Positions 7,689 to 16,334 of a stretch of 64,000 nt of DNA are shown here, piece by piece. How positions within the stretch are numbered: position 1 is the stretch's first letter; the number at the start of each line of letters is the position of its first letter. Under the pieces are notes generated by a model, which saw only the letters and a list, made by a program, of their open reading frames with translations, had not been told where the DNA came from and made no database searches. Origin of the DNA: an uncultured Bacilli bacterium (lineage in GTDB: Bacteria > Bacillota_I > Bacilli_A > RF39 > UBA660); contig CAKPRO010000010.1 of assembly GCA_934182615.1 (NCBI GenBank), positions 2,494 through 66,493 of the forward strand. Reading direction: 5' to 3'. The position numbers and the translations under genes were made by a program.

Positions 7689-8266
7689 TTTTTCTCCATT
7701 GCCTCAGGTAATTTTAAATAGATAGGGTTTACTCCATGAGGATTTTCACTTTCTAGATTCTTTGTATATGATATAATGTCCTCGATAACATAAGGGGTTG
7801 TTTGATCTATGACTACTGGGGAATATTTTTCTTTTAGTTCTTCTACTTCTTCACTAGAGGCAAACTTTTCTTCAATAGTATTATATTCTTTATCATATAC
7901 GCCAACATAATAATTATTGTGTTTAGCATCTATTGTGGTTAATAGATAATCTCCGGTATGACCTAGTACTCTTGCTTTTAAAGATGTTATGGTTACAATT
8001 CTTATTTTTTCGATATAAGCAAACATCTTGGCTATTGTTACTCCTATTCGGATACCAGTAAATGATCCTGGTCCATTTACGACGATTATTTCATCAACAT
8101 TATCTGGGGATAAGTTATTATTTTTTAGAATATCACTTATATACTGAGTTACATATATGGAATGTTTTCCTGGTATGTATTCATGTATTTGAGATAATTC
8201 TTTTCCATCTTTTACTAAGGCAATAGATACATCTTCAAGTGATGTATCTATAAATAAACTTATCAT
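7682..8266 (-). CDS. tsaB: t6A biosynthesis protein TsaB (YeaZ)
   Basis: NGPGSFTGIRIGVTIAK motif; overlaps both tsaE and rimI. Confidence 0.9.
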   Translation of the reverse strand: MISLFIDTSLEDVSIALVKDGKELSQIHEYIPGKHSIYVTQYISDILKNNNLSPDNVDEIIVVNGPGSFTGIRIGVTIAKMFAYIEKIRIVTITSLKARVLGHTGDYLLTTIDAKHNNYYVGVYDKEYNTIEEKFASSEEVEELKEKYSPVVIDQTTPYVIEDIISYTKNLESENPHGVNPIYLKLPEAMEKKC

Positions 8267-8712
8267 ATTATGGCCTCACATATATTTACATATTTTTCCC
8301 CATGTGGTTTTAATATTAATACTCTTGTATTATCGTCAGCGATTTTGATTTTGATATCTAATCTTTCTTCTGGTAAGATATCTTTTATCATATCAGCCCA
8401 TTCTATTATGGTTACTCCACCTTTATCAAAGTATTCTTCTATTCCTATATCTTCATGTGAATCTTCTAATCTATATACATCCATATGATATAATGGTAAT
8501 TCTCCGACATACTCTTTTATTATTGTAAATGTTGGAGATGTTATCTCATCTATTCCCATAGCATGAGCAAATCCTTTAGTAAACATTGTTTTTCCACTAC
8601 CTAAATCGCCATTTAAACATATTACCATGTTAGGAAACTTTTCTGATTCTATGTTTTGTGCTATTGCTATTGTTTCATTATCACTATGTGATGTTATTTT
8701 GTATTCTTCCAT
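8263..8712 (-). CDS. tsaE: t6A biosynthesis ATPase TsaE (YjeE)
   Basis: P-loop GDLGSGKT and SPTFTI motif. Confidence 0.9.
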   Translation of the reverse strand: MEEYKITSHSDNETIAIAQNIESEKFPNMVICLNGDLGSGKTMFTKGFAHAMGIDEITSPTFTIIKEYVGELPLYHMDVYRLEDSHEDIGIEEYFDKGGVTIIEWADMIKDILPEERLDIKIKIADDNTRVLILKPHGEKYVNICEAII

Positions 8713-8810
8713 CTTTCTTCACCTTTCTTTTTGTCATATTTATTATAACAAATATTACATACAAAATACAATAGTTTTATATTTTTTTTACATTATTATT
8801 TTATTTTTAA

Positions 8811-8906
8811 TATCACTGTAAGTCTTAAATAGTCTTACAGTGCTACTTATAGCCAATATTTGTATTGTCTATAAGTAGTATATCAACCATATCTATTATA
8901 TAGAAG
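8811..8906. repeat. Two-hairpin structured element, copy B
   Basis: Hairpin 1 is 8814-8842 (cactgtaag/cttacagtg) and hairpin 2 is 8843-8878 (ctacttatag/ctataagtag). Same loop ccaatatttgtattgt and similar 3' tail as copy A. Confidence 0.55.
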
Positions 8907-9002
8907 CAAGAAATATATACTTAAATATTGTTTGTTAGAGAGACAAATATTTTTGGCTCACTAACACCACGGAAAACTTAAATTTATTTAAGTTTGAAGT
9001 GG

Positions 9003-9031
9003 AAAAAAATAACCTAGAATTAATCTAGATT
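9003..9031 (-). terminator. Probable terminator of htrA
   Basis: Short stem ctaga/tctag (9014-9028) with flanking pairs, followed on the minus strand by a 7-T run. The stem is weak. Confidence 0.4.
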
Positions 9032-10145
9032 ATTTTGATTCTTCAAGTGTTACTTCAGAAGTTAACTCTTTACCATTTCTATTATAAGTAACTGTTACTT
9101 TATCTCCTGGATTATGTTTATATAATTCATAACGAAGTTCTGCTACTGAAGATATTTCTTCTTTTTCTAATTTAGTTATGATATCACCTTTCTTTAATCC
9201 GGCTTTTTCTGCTGGTGAAGATGATACTACTTCTAGAACTGCTACTCCTTTTTCAACACCTTTTGGTAAAGTTATTCCAGCCTGCCATAAATAATAACTA
9301 TCTGTTATATCTAACATACTTATTCCAATATATGGTCTCTTTACTGATTCACCTTTTTCAATGATACCAGCATATGATAGAGCGTCTTCTATCGGGATAG
9401 CAAAGCCCATTCCTTCAACACTATAACTTGTTGTTGAACTTGTTTTTTCTTCTGTAAGCTTTAAAGATGTTACTCCTATTACTTCTCCATTTACATTACA
9501 TAATGGACCACCACTATTACCTGGATTTAAAGCAGCATCTGTTTGTAATACTTTCATATAGTAGTCTGAAGTACTACCAGAGAATGATACTGCTACTAAA
9601 CGATCTTTTCCTGATAGGATTCCTTTAGTTACTGTACCACTATAAGTATCTCCAAGTGGGGCTCCTACGGCAAAAGTAGTGTCTCCTAATTTTATTTTAT
9701 CAGTGTTTCCTAATGTTGCTACTTGCTTTATACTTGCGGCGCTTACTGTTAATACTGCTATATCTGAATATGTCTCTCCTCCTAAGATTTGAGTATCTGC
9801 TGATGTTCCATCACTAAAGATTACTTTGGCAGAATCTCCTCCTGATATAACATGGTTATTAGTCATTATATAGGCTGTTGAGCCTTCTTTTTTATAGACA
9901 AAACCTGTTCCTGTTGACACTACTTTACCATCTTTATAAGTGGCTACTGTTACAGTGGCATCATATATTTTATCTACTGCTCCGGATATGCTATTTTCAT
10001 TTATTGTATAGTTTCCCCCTTTAGTTACTGAATTTGTTGTACCTCTATTTAATTGATTTATTACTAGATATGTCCATACTGAACCACCAATAAAAGCTAC
10101 TAATACTAAAAGAGGTATTATTATTTTATTATTTTTCTTATTCAT
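9030..10145 (-). CDS. htrA: HtrA/DegP-family serine protease with PDZ domain
   Basis: Trypsin-like triad context (TNNHV, GNSGGPL), C-terminal PDZ (GLKKGDII) and an N-terminal TM anchor. The start was moved to ATG 10145, since the track's GTG lies within the RBS AGGTGA. Confidence 0.9.
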   Translation of the reverse strand: MNKKNNKIIIPLLVLVAFIGGSVWTYLVINQLNRGTTNSVTKGGNYTINENSISGAVDKIYDATVTVATYKDGKVVSTGTGFVYKKEGSTAYIMTNNHVISGGDSAKVIFSDGTSADTQILGGETYSDIAVLTVSAASIKQVATLGNTDKIKLGDTTFAVGAPLGDTYSGTVTKGILSGKDRLVAVSFSGSTSDYYMKVLQTDAALNPGNSGGPLCNVNGEVIGVTSLKLTEEKTSSTTSYSVEGMGFAIPIEDALSYAGIIEKGESVKRPYIGISMLDITDSYYLWQAGITLPKGVEKGVAVLEVVSSSPAEKAGLKKGDIITKLEKEEISSVAELRYELYKHNPGDKVTVTYNRNGKELTSEVTLEESK

Positions 10146-10154
10146 TATTATCAC

Positions 10155-11096
10155 CTACTTATCTATTATTTCTATATAATTTTCTGGAAATCCCATTCTA
10201 TCTAATACTTTGCTTATTGGAATGGTATCCACTCTTCCATCTAACAATTCTATTTCATATTCTATTTCTTTCATCATTAAGCGAAAGGCTTTTTTATTTA
10301 GTAATATTTTAAAGATTATAATTACTGCAAATAAGTCATTTTTACCATAAATATATTCGCCATCCATTTTTGGTATTTCCATCATATCATGATATTCTGT
10401 ATCCGGTATTACTCTTTCGGTTTTATGTTCAAACACGATATCTTCATGAGCACATAAATTTCGATAGTTGGATAATATTATTAGTATATCTGATAATACA
10501 CTTGGTGTAGTATCAAAAACTTCTGCTACTTCAATTTGGTCTTCTTTCTTTAATATAGTATATAATTCACAAACTATTCCGAATGATAATACTTTTACTA
10601 AAACCCATAAGGGAATATAACCGTAGTTATTTATGTAGTGTATTGTAGCATTATGGGTTGTAGCATTGATTCTTATTTGCCTTTTCATCTTATCAATTAA
10701 GTCACGAACACGGCGTGCTTTATCATGATCTTGAGTGAAGTTTTTAGGATTTAAATAATCTTTTTCACGATATCCATACTTCTTGGATAATTGATACGAT
10801 ATTACTGATTTTAATTGATTTTCGATAACAAGTACATTTTTAAATATTATATTTCTAAAATTCCTATCAAATGTGAATAATGAGTATATTTCATTAAAAG
10901 TTGTACCGGGTATGAATTTTCTTTCCTTTTGCGATATAAGGAAGGCGTGACGATAACCCATTAAAAAGAAATAGTTTTCTCTGAGTAGGGTATCTTTAAC
11001 GACATTTTCATCTTCAATTATAAGACCTTTGTTTTTTAATATTTCTACTTGTTCATTTATTGTCTTAAAATTTTTCTCCACAATATCAACTCCCAT
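10155..11096 (-). CDS. Abi_2 family (AbiD/AbiF-like) abortive-infection protein, HEPN-type
   Basis: N-terminal KxFxTxxEQVEILKNKGLII...ENYFFLMGYRHAF, IPLWVLVKVLSFG, and the Rx4H motif YRNLCAHED. The stop TAG (10155-10157) directly abuts the htrA RBS and start. Confidence 0.75.
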   Translation of the reverse strand: MGVDIVEKNFKTINEQVEILKNKGLIIEDENVVKDTLLRENYFFLMGYRHAFLISQKERKFIPGTTFNEIYSLFTFDRNFRNIIFKNVLVIENQLKSVISYQLSKKYGYREKDYLNPKNFTQDHDKARRVRDLIDKMKRQIRINATTHNATIHYINNYGYIPLWVLVKVLSFGIVCELYTILKKEDQIEVAEVFDTTPSVLSDILIILSNYRNLCAHEDIVFEHKTERVIPDTEYHDMMEIPKMDGEYIYGKNDLFAVIIIFKILLNKKAFRLMMKEIEYEIELLDGRVDTIPISKVLDRMGFPENYIEIIDK

Positions 11097-11180
11097 TATT
11101 CTGTATTAAAGTATATCATAGTTTTGAAAAAAATGATATATTTTTTGTTATTTTTTTGAAAAATAAAAGGAATACATCTA

Positions 11181-11537
11181 CTACTGGAGTTTAAAGTATA
11201 TTCCTTTTTTTATTAGAATATCTGAAGAATTATAGTCTAATGGGACATAGCCATCTTTTAGTAGTTCTTCAATTACTATCATGTTATAGTTAGCCGCAAA
11301 TAAGAGATTTATGATAAATAGCATTGCTATACATATGATTATACCTATTACAAAGGGGATGAAGCACATTATTAAAGTTGAAACTGCTACTTCAGTCATT
11401 AACATGATATAAAACATTTTGTAATTCTTTTTCTTGATTGGATATAAGAAGCCTAGGTAAACCATTTCTGGTATAAAGCCATAGTCACATTCTACTGGTG
11501 GTGTATATTCATCATATTTTAAATATATTTTTTGCAT
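11181..11537 (-). CDS. Small two-TM membrane protein, function unknown
   Basis: 118 aa with two hydrophobic helices. No motif recognised. Confidence 0.5.
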   Translation of the reverse strand: MQKIYLKYDEYTPPVECDYGFIPEMVYLGFLYPIKKKNYKMFYIMLMTEVAVSTLIMCFIPFVIGIIICIAMLFIINLLFAANYNMIVIEELLKDGYVPLDYNSSDILIKKGIYFKLQ

Positions 11538-11602
11538 ATATTATCACCCTTCTTAGTCTCTACTAGAAGTATACACTATTTTTGTATTTTTTGAAAGGGT
11601 TT

Positions 11603-12265
11603 TTATTTATTTTGATAATATTTTTCGATTGAATCACTAATTAGAGTTATTAATTTATTTTGGTAATTGTTGTCTCTTAAAAGATAGTTATCACTTGGAT
11701 TGGATATAAAGCCTGCTTCGATTAGTACTCCAGGAGACTTTATATGTTTATACATATAGTAGGTATTGTCTTTTTTTATTTCTCTAACATTAGATATATT
11801 TTCTTTTAGATGATTAGTTATGGTCTCGGCGATAATTTTATTTTCTTTATTATTACCTGTATAAAATACTTGAAGACCTCTCCATGAAGGGGAAGGAGAA
11901 GCGTTTAAATGGATGGATATATACATATCAGGAGAAATATCATTTATATATTTGGCTCTATTGTATAAGTCGTTTCGTTTTCTATTAATAGTTGTTGTGG
12001 ATAAGTCGTTGTTATCTTTACGAGTTAGGTAAACAGTTGCTCCTCTTGATATTAATTCTTTTTCTAATTTTTTTGTAAGAATTAAATTAAGTTTGCTCTC
12101 TTTGATGGGACCACTGCTGGCACCTTCATCCTTGCCACCGTGTCCGGCATCTAAAATTATTACCTTTCCCAGTAAATTTAAATTTTTTACAGTAGCAGTT
12201 ACTTTGGGTAAACATAATGTGACAAGAAAAAAGCATATTATTATAAGTAGTTTATATTTATTCAT
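11603..12265 (-). CDS. cwlD: N-acetylmuramoyl-L-alanine amidase CwlD-like (Amidase_3), germination-specific type
   Basis: Signal anchor followed by ILDAGHGGKDEGA and HLNA motifs. Size and architecture match CwlD. Confidence 0.75.
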   Translation of the reverse strand: MNKYKLLIIICFFLVTLCLPKVTATVKNLNLLGKVIILDAGHGGKDEGASSGPIKESKLNLILTKKLEKELISRGATVYLTRKDNNDLSTTTINRKRNDLYNRAKYINDISPDMYISIHLNASPSPSWRGLQVFYTGNNKENKIIAETITNHLKENISNVREIKKDNTYYMYKHIKSPGVLIEAGFISNPSDNYLLRDNNYQNKLITLISDSIEKYYQNK

Positions 12266-12295
12266 ATTACACCTACTTAAATATATGCTTTTTAT

Positions 12296-13948
12296 TTATT
12301 CAAAATAACTTCCTCCAATAAACTCTCTTAATATTGAAGTTTTTGGTACGGTTTCACTTGGTATTGGTAAAACGAATTTTAATAATTCTATTAGTCTTTG
12401 GGCTACTTGATAGTTAGGATCATCTTCAGATATGGTAAATAGTAATGGTTCAGCATATGTTTTAATGACCGCTAGTTCATAGGCTAAACTGGTGTTAAAC
12501 ATAACATCGGCATTATCTTGATATGGGAAGACATATTTTTCTTCACCATCACGAACATCGGACCATGAATCTAAAGTCCTTGATGGATTATAGCCTCTTG
12601 TTCTGTTATCTCTCACCATTCTTCTTAATAATCTTAAATCAGTCATACCAATACGATTATCATTATCGATATTTAGATATGTTAATGGACTTATATATAC
12701 TTTAAACTTTTTCTTTCTAGGTATATTAGTTAATAATTCTTCATTTAAAGCATGAAGTCCTTCAATTATTAGGATATCATTATCTTTTAACTGAACTGTT
12801 CTTTTATATTCTTTTTTTCCTTCAATAAAGTTAAATGTTGGTACTGTTACTTTAGTTCCCTTTAACATTTTACTAACTTGACTATCAAATAATTTTACAT
12901 CAATAGCATTAAGAGACTCGAAATCCGGCTTACCATTTGGTCCTAATGGAGTTTCTGACCTTTCTAGGAAGTAGTCGTCTAATGATAGATGTGTTGGATT
13001 TAATCCTAGACTTCTTAGATACAATGATAGTTTCATGGCACTAGTTGTTTTTCCTGAACTTGATGGACCAGATAATAATATTACTTTATAATCTTCTTTA
13101 TTTAAAACTATCTGCTCTGCGATACTAAGTAATTTATAGTCCTGCATTATTTCAGATAACTGAATGATATCTCCAGCATTATTATTGGTTATAAATTCAT
13201 TTAGTTCGCCTAAGTTGTTTATATTTAAATTATTTCCCCATGTTCCATATTCTTCAAGACTATTGAAGTAATTTTCATGATGGGTATATTTTACTACTTT
13301 GTTATTATCATATATTGATGGGAATCTTACTACGACACCATGTCCTTTAATTAATGACAAGTCAAAATATTTTAAAGAACCTGTTGTATATGGAAGGTCT
13401 CCAATTATATAGTTATAGGTATCTCCTAGTTTATATAGAGTTACAAAATTTGTTTTTATATAGAATAATGTTCTTACTTTGTCTTCTCTTTTTTTACTCT
13501 TGAAATATGCTATGGCATCTGACTTAGATGTTTCTATTTTTGTAAAAGGTATATTTTCTTTTATTTTTTCTTTCATTATCTTTTTTATTTTTGTTATATC
13601 TTCGGTAGTTAATGGTTTATTTACTTTACAATAAATTCCTTTATCAATTGAATGCTTAACTATTATTTGAGTATCTTTACCTAAGGCTTCTACTGCGGAT
13701 ACTTCAAATAGATAAAGTAATCCTTTTTCATAGATTTTATTTCCTTCTTTGGTATTTAAATCATATAAATATAGTTTACCATTTTTGGTTAGTGTTTCTT
13801 CATAGTCAATCATATTGTTGTTATAAAGAGCTCCTACTACGGTATTTGTTAATTTATCTTTTTCTTGTTCAATTATCTCTTTTAATTTTATTCCTTTTAC
13901 ATATTCTTTCTTTTTGTTATTATCCAAAGTTATTATTATTGTTTCCAT
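12296..13948 (-). CDS. Uridine/cytidine-kinase-family nucleoside kinase with N-terminal TGS-like domain
   Basis: P-loop LLSGPSSSGKTT within a PRK/Udk-like C-terminal half; the N-terminal half is ThrRS/TGS-like. Confidence 0.75.
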   Translation of the reverse strand: METIIITLDNNKKKEYVKGIKLKEIIEQEKDKLTNTVVGALYNNNMIDYEETLTKNGKLYLYDLNTKEGNKIYEKGLLYLFEVSAVEALGKDTQIIVKHSIDKGIYCKVNKPLTTEDITKIKKIMKEKIKENIPFTKIETSKSDAIAYFKSKKREDKVRTLFYIKTNFVTLYKLGDTYNYIIGDLPYTTGSLKYFDLSLIKGHGVVVRFPSIYDNNKVVKYTHHENYFNSLEEYGTWGNNLNINNLGELNEFITNNNAGDIIQLSEIMQDYKLLSIAEQIVLNKEDYKVILLSGPSSSGKTTSAMKLSLYLRSLGLNPTHLSLDDYFLERSETPLGPNGKPDFESLNAIDVKLFDSQVSKMLKGTKVTVPTFNFIEGKKEYKRTVQLKDNDILIIEGLHALNEELLTNIPRKKKFKVYISPLTYLNIDNDNRIGMTDLRLLRRMVRDNRTRGYNPSRTLDSWSDVRDGEEKYVFPYQDNADVMFNTSLAYELAVIKTYAEPLLFTISEDDPNYQVAQRLIELLKFVLPIPSETVPKTSILREFIGGSYFE

Positions 13949-14067
13949 ATTATTCCTCCTTTTGGATAGTCTATATTATTATTATATCATAGTTTGTTAT
14001 ATTTTGTCATACTTTTTTTGTTATGAATAGACTATCTATATATTATACTAATTATGGGTGACTAATT

Positions 14068-14640
14068 ATGAATTTAATTCCTACGATTATTGAAAAGAAT
14101 GATATGGGTGAGAGAGCATATGATATTTATTCGAGATTATTAAAAGATAGAATTATTATTTTGAATGGAGAGATTAATGATAATACTGCTAATGTTGTGG
14201 TAGCGGAACTTTTATATTTAGATAGTTTAAATAGTGACGATATTAGTTTGTATATTAATTCTCCTGGTGGTTCTATTACTGCTGGTATGGCTATTTATGA
14301 TACAATGAATTTTATTAAAAGTGATGTATCCACAATTTGTGTGGGAATGTCGGCATCAATGGCTGCTTTTCTATTGGCTGCGGGTAAAAAGGGTAAAAGA
14401 TGTATTCTTCCTAATGCAGAAGTTATGATTCACCAACCGCTTGGAGGAGCGCAAGGTCAGGCTACAGAAATTAAAATTGCCGCTGAAAGAATATTAAAAC
14501 TTAAGAAAAAACTTAATAAAATTTTAGCCGAAGTTACTGGTAAGGATATTGCTACGATTGATAATGATACGGAAAGAGATTATTTTATGGATAGTAAAGA
14601 GGCTTTAAACTATGGTATTGTTGATAGAATATTAAAATAG
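14068..14640 (+). CDS. clpP: ATP-dependent Clp protease proteolytic subunit ClpP
   Basis: [25 protein letters not shown] (Ser) and MIHQPLGG (His). Confidence 0.97.
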   Translation: MNLIPTIIEKNDMGERAYDIYSRLLKDRIIILNGEINDNTANVVVAELLYLDSLNSDDISLYINSPGGSITAGMAIYDTMNFIKSDVSTICVGMSASMAAFLLAAGKKGKRCILPNAEVMIHQPLGGAQGQATEIKIAAERILKLKKKLNKILAEVTGKDIATIDNDTERDYFMDSKEALNYGIVDRILK

Positions 14641-14657
14641 AACTTCAAATTGAAGTT

Positions 14658-15821
14658 CTATTCTGTTTTTGTATTTCCTGTTTTAGTATATCCTTCTAAT
14701 GATGTTTCTGTTGACCATTTTGTTTCTTTATTTTTTTCAACATAACGATAGTATGTTATGGTATCATAATCTCCTGATGGTTTTTCTTCTGTTATCTTAG
14801 GAGACATAAATTTAACTGTTATTTTTAATGGTACAAAGTATACATTATCATAAGATGATATGGTTGTATTTATATCATTTAATGTAACATCTATATAGAA
14901 AGAGCCTTTACGATAGTATGGAGATAATTTATATGTAAAATTGTCTTCAGTTAATGAGTAATTTTTAATACTATCTGGTAATTTATTTATTTTTGTTCCT
15001 TTAGATATTGATGTATTATTACTAGATAAGAATTCTTTTTCATTATTTGATAGGAATTCTACTTCTTTAACTATAGTAAAGTAATAATCTTTATTTGGAA
15101 CTTTATCTAATTTTATAGTGTAAGAACCTGATGTACTATTTTTAGATACTGCTCCTAATGTATAGTATTCTTCAGTTGCAGTACCATAATACTCATATTT
15201 GTTTTCTATGTTATCACCAGTCTTATTACCTTTCATCCATTTACTATATGTTGTTGTTTCTTTTACATATTCGTAATATGTTGTTTTGGTAGTGTTTGTA
15301 CTAGTATTTTCATTAGTATTAGTACTGGTTGTATCTTTAGTAGCATCTTTATTTGTGTTATCTTTAGTAGTGTCTTTATTTTCATCTTTAGTTTCTGTTT
15401 TGGTATTACAATTCTTGCAATCTTTAAAACTAAATTTTCTTGTTATGGTATCTTTTTCTTTACCACATACTAAAGTAGTTTCTACTTTATAATCTTTTTT
15501 ATTTCTAGTTATTTTTGAGTAACTCTTTTTTACATCACAAGTTGATTCTTTATTTTCATTTACAGAAACAATTAATTTTTTTTCTATCATTTCTTCTAAT
15601 GTTATTTTAGTACTTTTCCCTTTTTCTTGTGGTAAATCTATTTCTTTAAAATAAGAAACTGCTACCTCTTCCATATTATTAATATTGTTTTTAAATGTTT
15701 CTGATGGTTTACTACTATTTATTATTTTTGATACTAACCATATTAATATTATAGCAAATATGAATACAATTATTATCTTAATAAATAGACTTAACCAATT
15801 TATTTGTCTTTCATCTTCCAT
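14658..15821 (-). CDS. Membrane-anchored extracytoplasmic protein with Thr/Asn/Lys-rich linker, function unknown
   Basis: N-terminal TM (LSLFIKIIIVFIFAIILIWLV), a Cys-containing domain, the low-complexity run TKDTTSTNTNENTSTNTTKTT, and a beta-rich C-terminal domain. Confidence 0.6.
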   Translation of the reverse strand: MEDERQINWLSLFIKIIIVFIFAIILIWLVSKIINSSKPSETFKNNINNMEEVAVSYFKEIDLPQEKGKSTKITLEEMIEKKLIVSVNENKESTCDVKKSYSKITRNKKDYKVETTLVCGKEKDTITRKFSFKDCKNCNTKTETKDENKDTTKDNTNKDATKDTTSTNTNENTSTNTTKTTYYEYVKETTTYSKWMKGNKTGDNIENKYEYYGTATEEYYTLGAVSKNSTSGSYTIKLDKVPNKDYYFTIVKEVEFLSNNEKEFLSSNNTSISKGTKINKLPDSIKNYSLTEDNFTYKLSPYYRKGSFYIDVTLNDINTTISSYDNVYFVPLKITVKFMSPKITEEKPSGDYDTITYYRYVEKNKETKWSTETSLEGYTKTGNTKTE

Positions 15822-15849
15822 TATATAAAACCTCCCTATTTTGGTGATA

Positions 15850-15969
15850 TTATATTAATTCAACAATGAATATTATTAAACATATTATTAATAAAGATAT
15901 TAGCAGTATGATTTCTTTTATGATGGTGTTTATTTCTTTTATCTGTTTAATGATTTCTTTATTTAGCAT
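15850..15969 (-). CDS. 39-aa membrane peptide (candidate small ORF)
   Basis: ATG at 15969 follows GGGAAG. Reads MLNKEIIKQIKEINTIIKEIILLISLLIICLIIFIVELI and ends 28 nt before the start of the 387-aa gene. Confidence 0.3.
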   Translation of the reverse strand: MLNKEIIKQIKEINTIIKEIILLISLLIICLIIFIVELI

Positions 15970-16014
15970 ATAATATCTTCCCTAAAATTGTAATTTATTA
16001 TAGCATAGAGATAT

Positions 16015-16278
16015 CTAGTTGTCAACAGATAAATAAACTATTGTGCACCCATCATTTAAGTTATCAGTATGATATTTTGTTACTTCTTTTCTTCTACTTA
16101 ATACACTATGGACAGACTCTCTTACTATTCCTAGTCCTCTACCATGTATTATTAATATTTTATTATTTTTTAACTTTATATTTTCATCTACAAAATCTTC
16201 AGTGGCTACTCGCGCTGTTTCTCTATCATAACCATGAAGATCTATAGATGGTAAATTCTTTAAAAATATATCTTCCAT
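16015..16278 (-). CDS. Smr-domain protein
   Basis: DLHGYDRETA ... IIHGRGLG, typical of small MutS-related domains. Confidence 0.75.
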   Translation of the reverse strand: MEDIFLKNLPSIDLHGYDRETARVATEDFVDENIKLKNNKILIIHGRGLGIVRESVHSVLSRRKEVTKYHTDNLNDGCTIVYLSVDN

Positions 16279-16334
16279 AAAATCACCATTATATATTATA
16301 GCAGATATTTCTCAATATTAAAACAATAAGATCA

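Noticed and set aside
8955-8985. parS-like sequence (aacaccacggaaaac); also atttccacattgaaaat near 36510
   Set aside because: Neither is palindromic or within a few mismatches of TGTTNCACGTGAAACA.
15286-15420. Repetitive DNA in the Thr/Asn/Lys-rich linker of ORF 14658-15821
   Set aside because: It is low-complexity coding sequence in frame with the surface-protein ORF, not an independent repeat element.
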